From an uncultured Acidimicrobiia bacterium (lineage in GTDB: Bacteria; Actinomycetota; Acidimicrobiia; Spongiisociales; Spongiisociaceae), in assembly GCA_958295745.1 (NCBI GenBank), contig OY282370.1, forward strand, positions 2,441,058-2,505,057: 64,000 nt of DNA. The letters run 5' to 3'. Below the pieces are notes generated by a model that did not search any database, had not been told where the DNA came from, and saw only the letters and a program-made list of their open reading frames with translations. The number at the start of each line of letters is the position of its first letter. The first letter of the stretch is position 1. The position numbers and the translations under genes are program-made. Shown one piece after another: positions 37,544 to 47,800 of the stretch.

Positions 37544-38893
37544 TTAGAGACCTAGAGCCCTTCGAGTTTCTTCCATAAAAAACTCTCCATAGCTAACTGG
37601 TGCCCCTATGATGTTACCTTCGTGGTCGTATCTCAGCGAGTGAATGCGGACATCTAGGTCACCGCGTTCAAAGAACAGAATTGATACATCTTCGGGCTTC
37701 AAAGGAGAAGATTTATCACGTATATCCATACGCACACGGTCCAGTATGTAGTCACTGTGCGTCTCTATGATCAGCTGTTTGTTGTCGCCAGCAACCTGAC
37801 AGAACAAACTGCCGAGAGCAGCTTGGGCACTGGGGTGTAGATGAACTTCTGGTTGCTGTAACAGAAACATGTCAGGTGCGTCTGTTCTAAGCAGTTCAGT
37901 TATCAGCGGTAGTACCTGGCTGACTCCATAACCAACATCTATCAAATTACGTCGCGGGCCCTTTCGATTATCACTGAACTTCCTAATTTGGATTTGGAAA
38001 GGCCCACCGTACCCTCTTCCTAGTTGCTCTAGCGATAATTCATCGAATAGGCCGGAATTGTGTCCAAAGTCCTCTAGCTTTTCCTGAAGTTCCTTCCATT
38101 CCTCTCTATTTTGAGAGTATAGGTCGGCAAGATACATAGGAACATAATCTCCTTCAGGATCCCGTATTGGACGGGATGGATCATAGGTTCGCTTAGGCTT
38201 GGAGCGAACTGGAGCGCTAGCATAATAGTATGGTCTTTGTTGACTTATATAGAGGTAAGGATATATAAAATTTCTTGACATCTTTATTATTTCTTTACAA
38301 TCTTTATCAGTAAGCTTTGGAGAGTTGGGAGAACTTATAAAGTTTTTCTTTCTGTCTAAAGACCAAGGTCGATCCACATGAAAGTGTAGAGGAAATAAGC
38401 GATCTTCCATACTTAAAATGTCAAGATATCTGTCTGCTGTTTGCTTATATTGCCAATTACCTCGTTCGGTTTTGAGCATGACATCTGTCTGTGTTTTTCT
38501 CAAGGTTTCCCTTATAGAGATATTCCCTTGCGAGAGAGATCGTTCTACAGGGATCGGTATATTACTCTGGTTTTTAAACATAGCCTCAAAATAATAAGGG
38601 GGAGAATTATCTGATCTAGATATTGGAGTAGTCTCGAATCCTGCTCTAAAACTCTCAGTGGTAGGGCTGTTGCTTCCATGATAGGATATTTCATCAAAGC
38701 TACCTAGGTCATAGGGTTGTTCTTTGAAGTCAGGAACTCGTTGACCGTAGGCAACGTCCCACAGTGCTCGGATCATGGCCATGAAAGAGGTCTTGCCGGT
38801 GCTGTTCTCACCCACTAGAAGAGTGAGCGGTGCCAATCGGACGGTCTGCCTTTCTCTAAAGCAACGGAAGTTTTCAAGCGTGATGCTATCCAT
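37544..38893 (-). CDS. AAA/ABC-type ATPase with DUF3696-like C-terminus
   Basis: ENFRCF, GENSTGKT, DVGYGVSQVLP, QQPEVHLHP and IETHS motifs; overlaps the helicase stop; low GC. Confidence 0.88.
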   Translation of the reverse strand: MDSITLENFRCFRERQTVRLAPLTLLVGENSTGKTSFMAMIRALWDVAYGQRVPDFKEQPYDLGSFDEISYHGSNSPTTESFRAGFETTPISRSDNSPPYYFEAMFKNQSNIPIPVERSLSQGNISIRETLRKTQTDVMLKTERGNWQYKQTADRYLDILSMEDRLFPLHFHVDRPWSLDRKKNFISSPNSPKLTDKDCKEIIKMSRNFIYPYLYISQQRPYYYASAPVRSKPKRTYDPSRPIRDPEGDYVPMYLADLYSQNREEWKELQEKLEDFGHNSGLFDELSLEQLGRGYGGPFQIQIRKFSDNRKGPRRNLIDVGYGVSQVLPLITELLRTDAPDMFLLQQPEVHLHPSAQAALGSLFCQVAGDNKQLIIETHSDYILDRVRMDIRDKSSPLKPEDVSILFFERGDLDVRIHSLRYDHEGNIIGAPVSYGEFFMEETRRALGL

Positions 38894-41800
38894 TGTTCCT
38901 TCTCTCGTTCTCTCGGGATGGAGTTGGCACTCCGAACAGGTCGGGATATTTCTCTACCTGCTCGGTGAACGGTCGGTCGTGTCTTATGGCCACCACTCGG
39001 TAGCCGTAGTCCTGCAACCGGGCGCGGCGTTGCTCGTCGGTTTCTCGTTGGCGGGGTTCGTCGTGGTGGGGGCCGTCTACGAACACGCATACGCCGGGCC
39101 GCTTTTCGCGATCGTAGTAGAAGTCGGGTTGTACGGGTAGATCCGCAACCGGGCGGTTCTGGGCTTTGTCCGGGAGGCGTAGGCCGTTGTCGTAGAGGAA
39201 GCGCAGGAAGTTCCGCTCCAGCGCCGAGTGGGGATCTACCAAGCCCAGTAGGTGCTGGTAGTGCCGGTCGTTGTCCCTTTCTCCTTCCTGGACGGTTTCC
39301 GCGTGCGCGAGGCGGCGCAGGAAGTCCGGGAGGAGCCGCCGGTCGATGTAGCGGTGGTACGGCTGGTTCGAGTAGGAGAGCAGGCATTCGTAGCAGGCCA
39401 CGGCGCACTTCGCAGGGCCGCCTCCCACCTTGCCGCCGTCTGAGGGGTCGTAATGGCAGAGCCGCAGGGCCCGCTCCGCCACCCGCCCGAGGGCTTCCCG
39501 TTCAACGGCCAGGCGTTCCCACACGCCGATTCCGCCTTCGGCCGCCTCCCAGAACAGCAGTCGACGGTGATCGCCCCGTCCGATCAGCTCTGCTCCGATC
39601 TCCTGTTCCTCCACCTGGTATTCGACCTGGATGGCCCGCTTGAAGGCGTAGAGGAGGGTATGGAGAAACTCCTCCGACGGCTGATCGGCCAGGGGCCTGA
39701 TCATGAGTATGTTCCGCGTGTCCTGCACGTAGGGCATGATTCCCGTGATCGGCCGGGGTGCGTCCGGCTGTTGGCCGGCCTCTCCGCCTTGGTCGGCGGC
39801 GCGGCCCTGCCATCGCCCGGTACGGGGGTCGATGGCGAATCCGGTTTGTTCGCTCCGCCGCCAGCCCTGATTGATCCGCCATAGCTTCGCGGCGGGCGCG
39901 TGTACGACCTCCAGCAGGCAGTCACCCTCCGAGAACACCTCGGCCTGCAGGGGATGGACGCCGAAGCGGAAGTGCGTTGTGGTGAGGTATCCGCTCCGAA
40001 CCCGTTCCTCCTCTTCGGAGGAGATCCGCTCGAAGGGCCTCGCCCTCATCATGGGTTGTTTCAGCAGGCGTTGCGGGAACTGTGCGTTCTCGGCGTCCAG
40101 GCGGGTGCCGCAGTGCTCGCACATGTCCACCCCCAAAGAGGCCCCGGTGTGCGCACGTCCACACACGTTGCAGAGGCGCGCCTGCTCCAGATGCTCCTCG
40201 ACGCCTTCCGTAGGCAGCACCGCGTACTGCACCCGATGCTTCCGACCCTCGTGGTAGATCTGGTTGCTCGGCCCGAACTCCGTGAGCCCCAGAAAGCGGG
40301 GGCGGTCGATGAGCTGCCTGCCGCCCCGCACCGGCACCGAGACCCGCACCGGCAGCCGCGGGAAGTTGTATCCGGGCAGGAACCCCTCCCCGGCCAGGTA
40401 GCGGTAGGGGTAGAAGTCCGACTCGGAATGGTGTTTGGTCCGGTTGAGCAGAAGCCGGATCTCACGGCGGGCTTCCTTTTCCCGGCGCTCCGCTTCCTCA
40501 TGATCCTTCGAGCCGGCGTTGGGGTCGTCGATCAGGTGCCGCGCCTCGTCCCGCAGCCTGCACGTCGAACGGTAGAGATCGCGCCAGTGGTCGAAAGCCC
40601 GGTCGAATTGATCGGGCGCGGTACGCAGCGTTTCTTCGAGCCATCCTTGCGAGAACCACTGCGCCTTGTGGATGTCCTGCGTCCGCTTCGCGATCCGCCG
40701 CCCCCGATGCAAGGCTTCCTCGATGACCCGTTTACCCGCCGCCCCCGTGATGGCGGCCTGCTTGTCCGCCGCTATCGGCAGGCCGGGAGCTCCGAGGTCG
40801 AGTATCTCGGTCATGCTGTTGCCCAGGGACATACCGCTCGTTGCCAGCCAGGTGGAGTGCAGGTGGGCTCGCACCAGATCCTCGTTCTCGAGGTCGATCC
40901 GGGCCGGGGCGACCGCTCCGGCGATCATCTCACCGCGCCTCCCGAAGAAGTATTGATCGTGGGCGTTCCCCTGCGCGGCGAAGGCCACGATCAACGCCGG
41001 TTGACCGCCCCGCCCCGCCCGTCCGCTCCGCTGCGCGTAGTTGGCCGGAGTGGGCGGCACGTTGCGCAGATGGACCGTATGGAGGTCCCGTATGTCAACC
41101 CCCAGCTCCATGGTGGGCGAGCAGAACAGCGCCGGCAGCTCGCCGTTCCTGAACCGGTCTTCCCGTTCGCTCCGGATGTCGGCGGCGATCTGCCCGGTGT
41201 GCTCCGCCGCCGCCATCCCCCGCAGATGCCGCCCCTGGTTCTGGTAGAGGTTGGTGAAGTAGGAGTTGGCCTCCTGTATCCCGGGCAGTTCCCTCCGCAG
41301 GTGGAGCGACCTGCTCCTCACCGGATCGGGCGGGGCCGGGCCGCCGCCGCCCGCCGCCCAGCGCATCGCCCCGGCCAGCACGCGGACGCCCCCGTCCTGG
41401 TTCCTCTGGTCGGCCGCCGCCGCCGCCAGGAGATGGCCCCGCAGCCTTTCGACGACGCCCTCCACCAGGAATTCTGACTCGTCGGCGGCCATGGTCCGGT
41501 CGGTGTTCCATGTGGTGGGGGAGCGCAGATAGCGGGCGACGGCGGAGCGCCGCCCCAGGCTCATCGTCCTGCGCCTCGAATATCGGTTCGCCTGCACCCC
41601 CGGCAGCAGGGCCATGCTCTGCGTCCGCGGGCGGTCCAGGTCCTCCAGACGCCAGGGATCCCGCAGCCACTGATCGGTGTTGCGGATCAGTCGGCGGGCG
41701 GCGGCTTCGGTCAACGGCGGGGCATCGACGGCCAGCCCCATGCGCAGATGGTCGAGAAAGGCGTGCAGCACCCTTCGGCGGGTTGCCGCAGAGGCATCGG

Positions 41801-44033
41801 AGATAGCCGGCAGGGCGTCCCATAAACTGTGATCGGCGGCGAGGTCGTCCAGCCCCGCATACTCGATTCGGAGCAGCCCGGTTTGTTCCAGGTTGGGTTG
41901 GGTGATCCTCCAATCGCGGCTCAGATCCTCCAAGGCGCGGTATTCGAGCAGGTCCACCATGGCCCGCCTGCCCTGCTCGTATCCGGGTCCCCCGGCCACC
42001 GACTCCCGCAGGAAGTCGCCCGGTTCGAGGTCGAGCGCCTCGAACACCGCCGGCCCGAGCCGGTCGAAAGTCAGGGTCCCGTTGCGCCGGACGGCTTCGA
42101 CCAGCCCGGCGCGCAGCTGGGCGACCTGCACAAAGTCGTTCAGATGCCCGGATTGGAGCGAGGCGTCCTGCCGGTTGTCGGTGAAGCTGAGGGACTTCGC
42201 CTCGGTGCGGTCCAGGTCCTGGTTCGCCATGCCCGCCACGGCCGCATTCATGGATATGGTCGTCGCGGTCGATCTTCCCGTCTGGCTGAGGGAGGAGAGC
42301 TTGCGGTAGTCGCCCACCCGAGTGTCGTACACGGCCCGGCAGCGCAGGCAGATCAGGAACTTGTGCGGCAGGAACCAGCCTTCCACTCCCGAACCGTCCG
42401 GCGGGTCGAGGCTTCCGTCGGGGGCGGCGCAGTACTCTTGAGGCCGGTACTGCCCGTAGTTCGGTTTGATGACCCTTCCGGCTTTCCGCTCGTTGAACCA
42501 GAACTCCGGCAGGTCGTTGTCGTCGCCCGCCCAGAGTTCGTCGTGCTCGACGGCGAAGTAGCCCTTTATGTCATCGAGGTCTTCCTCCGAGACGCCCGCC
42601 AGAGGAGAACGGGGTATCAGCCGTTCTGCCCCGTCTTCCTCGGTAAGCGACGCCAGGTAGTACTCCTGGCCGCATTCCCGGCAGAAGGCCAGCGGGTAGA
42701 GCACCCGTTCGCCGTCCGCCTTGTACTGGCCAGACATGCTGAACTCGCGGGCGTCCGGCGCCTCAAGAGTGGCGTAAACGCTGCTCCCCGACGAGAGCCA
42801 CTGGTGGAGGCGAAAGGCGAACAGGGGCCGCCCGGCGCTCCGCCCGGCCTCGTTGCCGGCTTCGAGCACGCTCCGAAGCGGTGTCCGGCACTGCTTGACC
42901 GCCAGGCCGCTCTCCTCAGCCAGCCGCTGGGCCACGTCCTCGAAGGTTTCGGGCCGCCGCCGGACCCACCGACCGTCTTTCTGTTCCAGGCCGAAGGCTT
43001 CCTCGGCCCAGGCCGCCAGGGGATGCCCGCGCACCGCTTCGGCCTCCGGCGCGGGTGCGGGCGCCTCCACCGCCGCCCGGATATCTTCCTTTTCTGTGGG
43101 CGCCGCCGGTATCGAGGTGACCCGTTCGAGGGTTTCGTCCACCACGTTGGCGGCGGGGATGTCCAGCCCGAAGAACTTCGACACGAGCTCGGACACGGCC
43201 TCGTTGCGCTCCGCTCTGGACCCGCCGGTGACCATGGTTGCGCTGGTGGCCACCGCTTGGAGATCGCGCCCGGCTGTCTCCTGGAGCCGGCGGGTGAGCA
43301 TCGCCGTGTCCGCCCCCTGCCGCCCTCGATAGAAGTGCAGCTCGTCCATCACCAAGGTTCGCAGGTCCCGGGTGGCGGTCTCGAGGAGCGGCCTTTCGCC
43401 GGGGCGCAGGAGCATGTACTCGGCCATCACGTAGTTGGTGAGCAGGATGTGCGGCGGGTCGGCGAGGATGCGCTCGCGGTCCTCCTGGCGATCCTGGCCG
43501 GTGAAACGGGCGAAGCGCACGGGCGAACCGGGGAAGTTGTCCCGCTGGTAGTTCTCGAGAGCTTCGATCTGGCTGTTGATGAGGGCGTTCATCGGATAGA
43601 TCAAGAGCGCCCGCACTGTGTGCCGCTCCGGTTCGTTCCTGAGGATGTTGTCGTAGATCGGCGCCAGGTAGGTGAGGCTCTTGCCCGACCCGGTGCCGGT
43701 CGTGACGACGTACGGTTCGCCGCGCAGGGCGAGGTCGATGGCCTGGCGCTGATGCCGGAAGAGCCGCAGACCCTCGCCGAAGAAACGGGCGGTGTTGTGC
43801 ATCAACACTCCGTCGCCGGCCATCTCCCCGAGGGTGCGGTCCATCTCAAAGGCGGGGTTGAGCTGGAGTACGGCCTCCGGCCAGAGGGCGCCCTCTTTCA
43901 GCCGGCGGTCGATGTAGCCGTGGATACGCTCGTCGAACACCCGCACGAAGCTGCGGACGTAGCTTTGATACTCATCGACCACCTGCTTGCGAAGCTCGAA
44001 GACATCCAACGGCATTGGTTGCGGCTCACTCAT
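38886..44033 (-). CDS. DEAD/DEAH helicase fused to DUF1998 and a C-terminal Vsr/DUF559-like nuclease (DrmA+DrmB-like)
   Basis: TGTGSGKS, YPMNAL, DELH, SAT, TMELGVDI, QRSGRAGR, CxxC pairs, CAVACYECLLSY and PDFYY..VFVDGPHHD motifs. Confidence 0.88.
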   Translation of the reverse strand: MSEPQPMPLDVFELRKQVVDEYQSYVRSFVRVFDERIHGYIDRRLKEGALWPEAVLQLNPAFEMDRTLGEMAGDGVLMHNTARFFGEGLRLFRHQRQAIDLALRGEPYVVTTGTGSGKSLTYLAPIYDNILRNEPERHTVRALLIYPMNALINSQIEALENYQRDNFPGSPVRFARFTGQDRQEDRERILADPPHILLTNYVMAEYMLLRPGERPLLETATRDLRTLVMDELHFYRGRQGADTAMLTRRLQETAGRDLQAVATSATMVTGGSRAERNEAVSELVSKFFGLDIPAANVVDETLERVTSIPAAPTEKEDIRAAVEAPAPAPEAEAVRGHPLAAWAEEAFGLEQKDGRWVRRRPETFEDVAQRLAEESGLAVKQCRTPLRSVLEAGNEAGRSAGRPLFAFRLHQWLSSGSSVYATLEAPDAREFSMSGQYKADGERVLYPLAFCRECGQEYYLASLTEEDGAERLIPRSPLAGVSEEDLDDIKGYFAVEHDELWAGDDNDLPEFWFNERKAGRVIKPNYGQYRPQEYCAAPDGSLDPPDGSGVEGWFLPHKFLICLRCRAVYDTRVGDYRKLSSLSQTGRSTATTISMNAAVAGMANQDLDRTEAKSLSFTDNRQDASLQSGHLNDFVQVAQLRAGLVEAVRRNGTLTFDRLGPAVFEALDLEPGDFLRESVAGGPGYEQGRRAMVDLLEYRALEDLSRDWRITQPNLEQTGLLRIEYAGLDDLAADHSLWDALPAISDASAATRRRVLHAFLDHLRMGLAVDAPPLTEAAARRLIRNTDQWLRDPWRLEDLDRPRTQSMALLPGVQANRYSRRRTMSLGRRSAVARYLRSPTTWNTDRTMAADESEFLVEGVVERLRGHLLAAAAADQRNQDGGVRVLAGAMRWAAGGGGPAPPDPVRSRSLHLRRELPGIQEANSYFTNLYQNQGRHLRGMAAAEHTGQIAADIRSEREDRFRNGELPALFCSPTMELGVDIRDLHTVHLRNVPPTPANYAQRSGRAGRGGQPALIVAFAAQGNAHDQYFFGRRGEMIAGAVAPARIDLENEDLVRAHLHSTWLATSGMSLGNSMTEILDLGAPGLPIAADKQAAITGAAGKRVIEEALHRGRRIAKRTQDIHKAQWFSQGWLEETLRTAPDQFDRAFDHWRDLYRSTCRLRDEARHLIDDPNAGSKDHEEAERREKEARREIRLLLNRTKHHSESDFYPYRYLAGEGFLPGYNFPRLPVRVSVPVRGGRQLIDRPRFLGLTEFGPSNQIYHEGRKHRVQYAVLPTEGVEEHLEQARLCNVCGRAHTGASLGVDMCEHCGTRLDAENAQFPQRLLKQPMMRARPFERISSEEEERVRSGYLTTTHFRFGVHPLQAEVFSEGDCLLEVVHAPAAKLWRINQGWRRSEQTGFAIDPRTGRWQGRAADQGGEAGQQPDAPRPITGIMPYVQDTRNILMIRPLADQPSEEFLHTLLYAFKRAIQVEYQVEEQEIGAELIGRGDHRRLLFWEAAEGGIGVWERLAVEREALGRVAERALRLCHYDPSDGGKVGGGPAKCAVACYECLLSYSNQPYHRYIDRRLLPDFLRRLAHAETVQEGERDNDRHYQHLLGLVDPHSALERNFLRFLYDNGLRLPDKAQNRPVADLPVQPDFYYDREKRPGVCVFVDGPHHDEPRQRETDEQRRARLQDYGYRVVAIRHDRPFTEQVEKYPDLFGVPTPSRENERRNNG

Positions 44034-44691
44034 TGCTCAGGTCCGGCAGTTCCCCGCGCGCCATCTGGTCATACGCCGCAAGCACATAGCGCTGGGTCCG
44101 GTACTCGCCGAACTCTTTCATCTCTTTGCGCTTGAGGGTAGGGAAGGACGCACTCGGAGGCGGAGCATCAAGGATCCATTCGAGATCCTCGCGCTCCAGA
44201 CGGTACATATGGGCGTAGATGGCGTCCAATTCACTCTTGAGTTTATGACGCCGTTCATCGTCCCAAATGAAGGGAGGTCCTTCGTAACCCAGATCCCTGG
44301 CGAACGGTTCCAGGTCATGGGCTGTATACGTCAGCTCCAAGACGCGAGGTACGATCAGCTCTACATACTTCAGTCCCAGGCAAGCTTCTTCCAAGTATGT
44401 CTCCGGAGGGAGGATGGGGAGCTGTTTTATGATAAAGAAGTTGAGGTTTGTCCCACCCACCGAGAGGCGAGCTGCCCAGTCCAGGGGAAGGCTGTTCATA
44501 TTGGCTAAAACAAGGGTGGAAGCTACTACTTTAGCTTGTTTATAGTATATCAATGAAGAACTGTGTCCAACGGCACTCAGAGGAATATTTTCAACTAGGG
44601 TAGTACGCTCATTAGTAGCATTTGTGATATTCCTGTAAGCTTGAAGCCAGCGTTCGGAGTCAATATGGAGTAAGGGTGCCTTGTTGCTCAC
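44026..44691 (-). CDS. C-terminal (specificity/helical) part of the N6 methyltransferase, out of frame with the main ORF
   Basis: YRNITNATNERT, NSLPLDW, QLPILPP, ELDAIYAHMY and GEYRTQRYVL motifs; AGGAGG 7 nt upstream of GTG, overlapping the upstream TAG. Confidence 0.85.
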   Translation of the reverse strand: MSNKAPLLHIDSERWLQAYRNITNATNERTTLVENIPLSAVGHSSSLIYYKQAKVVASTLVLANMNSLPLDWAARLSVGGTNLNFFIIKQLPILPPETYLEEACLGLKYVELIVPRVLELTYTAHDLEPFARDLGYEGPPFIWDDERRHKLKSELDAIYAHMYRLEREDLEWILDAPPPSASFPTLKRKEMKEFGEYRTQRYVLAAYDQMARGELPDLSNE

Positions 44692-44876
44692 AGCAGTTCC
44701 TCCTAAGGTCGCGACGATAGTGGTTCGTTGATTGGTTGCATTTGTGATATCTCGGAAGGCAATGAGCCAATTATAATGGTTATTCCCGATTCGCCTATGC
44801 CTAAGAGAGGGATCATTGCTGCTATTCCGGTTCGGAGATTCGTTGAACTGGCGATACGCCTGATATTGAGATGAGC
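44545..44876 (-). repeat. Three tandem diverged 35-codon cassettes of a putative target-recognition segment
   Basis: C1 44876-44772 AHLNIRRIASSTNLRTGIAAMIPLLGIGESGITII; C2 44769-44665 WLIAFRDITNATNQRTTIVATLGGTAVSNKAPLLH; C3 44649-44545 WLQAYRNITNATNERTTLVENIPLSAVGHSSSLIY. They align without gaps. Confidence 0.85.
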
Positions 44877-47800
44877 GCCAGTCGGGTGAGGACTTGTAGC
44901 GTCTGTCCCCTGTCCCCGATCCGATCCGATCCGATCCGATCCGATCCGATCCGATCCGATCCGATCCGATCCGATCCGATCCGATCCGATCCGATCCGAT
45001 CCGATCCGATCCGATCCGATCCGATCCGATCCGATGGTGGTAGTATGACCCGTTACGGCTTTGTTTAGTTTGGTCATCACCTCATTCTCAGGTACCCAGT
45101 AGCGTGGAAGTGGTAAGGTATGAGGGTTGGCCTTTTCATTGGAGGGAATAGTTTGAGCATTACCTTTCAATAAATCCTTGGGAGATGATTCAGCAAAGGT
45201 AGCAAATCTGTGGTCATACTGGTGGAATAGCTTGGCCTCATACAAAGGTAGATATAGTTCTTCACCACGTATAAATATATTGCCTCTTAGTTCCCAACCG
45301 TCTTCAGTTAACTGCTGGTGAGTACGGAATAGATAGGAGGCGGTGTTCATCATGAACATAAGCTGAAATTTAACACCCCAAGGATTTGACTCGGGCTGAT
45401 CATCTGAAAGTTCTCTCCAGAATACTCCAGCATATTGGTACATCTTGCGGGCGATTTCCATGTCCTTTTGGGTTCGGAAGAGGGGACAGGTACGAGTGTT
45501 AGGGTTGAAAAGGGCAAAGTCCTCAGAGGATAGAAAAAATCGTCGCTCGGAGTCCTGTAATTGTTCGGTGTGGTGTAGGAAAAAGGCAAACTCACCTTGT
45601 GCGCTTGGTCTATCAATCCCGCTCAATGTAAGAAGGCAAAACTTCAGTCGGCCATCTATACCAGGAAAAACCTTCCTTTTGTTCTCAAAGTCGTACAGGC
45701 TGACCAAGGCCCTATGATCTATAAGATCAGCAAAAAAATACTGGTTGAATGAATCGGTAGCTATACCTGTAGGTACTATAATCCCAGCTTTGCCTCTTGG
45801 GTGCTGTAGATCTTTGGAGTGTTCGGCAAAGAGAGGTGCATAGTTCAATCGGCCATAGCTGGTCTTTGGGAATCGGCCGGATGAATGGATGAACTTCTGA
45901 GTGGCTTTCATTTCTCTTACTGCAACTTGATACTCGAGATAGAGGCCAGGATTGGTCGAAGCTAAGCGTTGGATTGCACGGTTCCGGGCTGCCATGTTGG
46001 GTTGGTTTGCTACATCGGGGTCGCTGGTCGCGAAGAACTCTCGCGGGTCCAGTTGGACTTGGTCCCACGGCGGGTTGCCCAGTACTACGTCGAACCCGCC
46101 GTCCTTGAAACACACGTCAGGGAACTCAAGAGGCCAATGGAAGTAGGGGTAGTCTCTAGATGCTTGGTGGGCCCTGTCCTCGAGTTGTGATCCTGTATTC
46201 TGCCCATTGCGGGCGCGACGGATATCGTCAGTGGTGGGTACACGATCATGTTCCTCTGTTTCAAAGGATTCACGCGGAGCAAAGAATGCATAGGTCCATA
46301 GATCACAGGCTACCTTAAACCTGCGTAGGACTTCCGAATTTTGTAGCTCCCTGTATTCTTTCTCCATCTTTTTGACATCGGCAGCGCTACGTTCTGCTCT
46401 CCTTCCAAAGTTGGCAAAATCATCTGCCATTTTTTGGGTGTCTAACGGAGGCGGTTCCGAAGTCAGACGCTGTTGGCCGGTGCGCTCCTTCTTGTTGCGC
46501 TTGCGATACCATTTGGCCGCTTCCTTGTCGTCTCCGGTTACCGGCTTGTAGGCGGCGTCGGGAATGCCCTCTTTGAGGACATCGAGGTCCATCACCCCCA
46601 CCAGGCTGTCACCGCACTTGACATGGTGGTCGAGAAAGCCGAGCGGCAGGCCCACCGTGTGACACTCGATCCACAGGGCCACCTTGCACAGGTCCACGGC
46701 CAGTGGGTTCTTGTCCACCGCATAGATGCAGTGCCGTACCACGGTGCGGAGGGCGCGGCGGTAGTCAAGGGGGGAGGGCTCTTCGCCCCCCGCCCGGATC
46801 TTGGCCAGCTCGCGGGCGATGCGGCGGGCGGCGGCCAGCAGGAAGTGGCCGGAGCCGGAGGCGGGGTCGCACACCCGGAGGTCCAAGAGCGCCTGCACTT
46901 TCTTGATCCTTGTATCGGCTGCGGCCAACCGTTCTTCCATGACCGGGACCAGGGCGCTGTCCACCAGCTCGCGCACCAGCTCCGGCGGCGTGTAGTAGGA
47001 GCCGGTCTCCTTGCGCTGGGTGCCGGCGGCTAGGTCGAAGCTGGGCGGGCTGCCGGATACCTCGCCCACATCCAGAACCGGCCGATAGTCCAGCAGGCTC
47101 TCGTAGACCGAGCCGAACTCCTCCACATCCAGCGCGGCGTAGTTCACCCTCCGCCTGACTCCGCCGTCGTGGAACGTCGACAGTGACCGCATTACCGTGA
47201 GCAGCGTCTCGTTGGAGCAGTGCGCGGTTTCGATGCGGCTGCAGGCCTGCTCGCCGAACAGCTCGCCGTTCAGGGGGGACAGGTTCAGGTGTCGGGCGGC
47301 GGCCTCGTCCCGGCAGAGGCGGAAGGTCTCGGCGAGGCCCGCCCAGAGGTCTCCATGATTGTCGCCCGCGAAGTAGTGCTCGGCGCGTTCCCGCAGCCGC
47401 GTGACGCTGTAGTAGCGGTCGTAGATGGTCTGCCCGGTGCTCGGTTCAATGAAGAGGAGCTTGCGTTCCTCCGCCACCATCAGGAACAGCATCCGGTAGA
47501 CGAAGTTGAGCAGCTGCCGGTAGTAGCCGGTCTCGTCGAGGGTTCCGCCGCGGAGGGCGCGGCGCAGGGTCCCGTTGCCGGGATGCGAGACGAGGGCCCT
47601 GCCCAGCACTTCGAGCGCGCTCTTGACGCCGTGGCGGAGCTTCTCCCTGACCCGGCCGCCCTCCTCTATCCCCTGGTTGTAGTAGTTCTCCAGCAGGCAT
47701 TCGTGCGGCTCGATCTCCCCGAGTGGGAACCTGGTCGAGTGCATGAGGCGGTAGAGAACGACGAACTCGCGGTAGTCGTTGCCATCGATCATGGCCCGCA

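Noticed and set aside
44545-44876. Diversity-generating retroelement TR/VR pair
   Set aside because: Differences between cassettes are not restricted to adenines and no reverse transcriptase is in the window.
44545-45035. Invertible shufflon
   Set aside because: Cassettes are in direct orientation; no inverted repeats or recombinase nearby.
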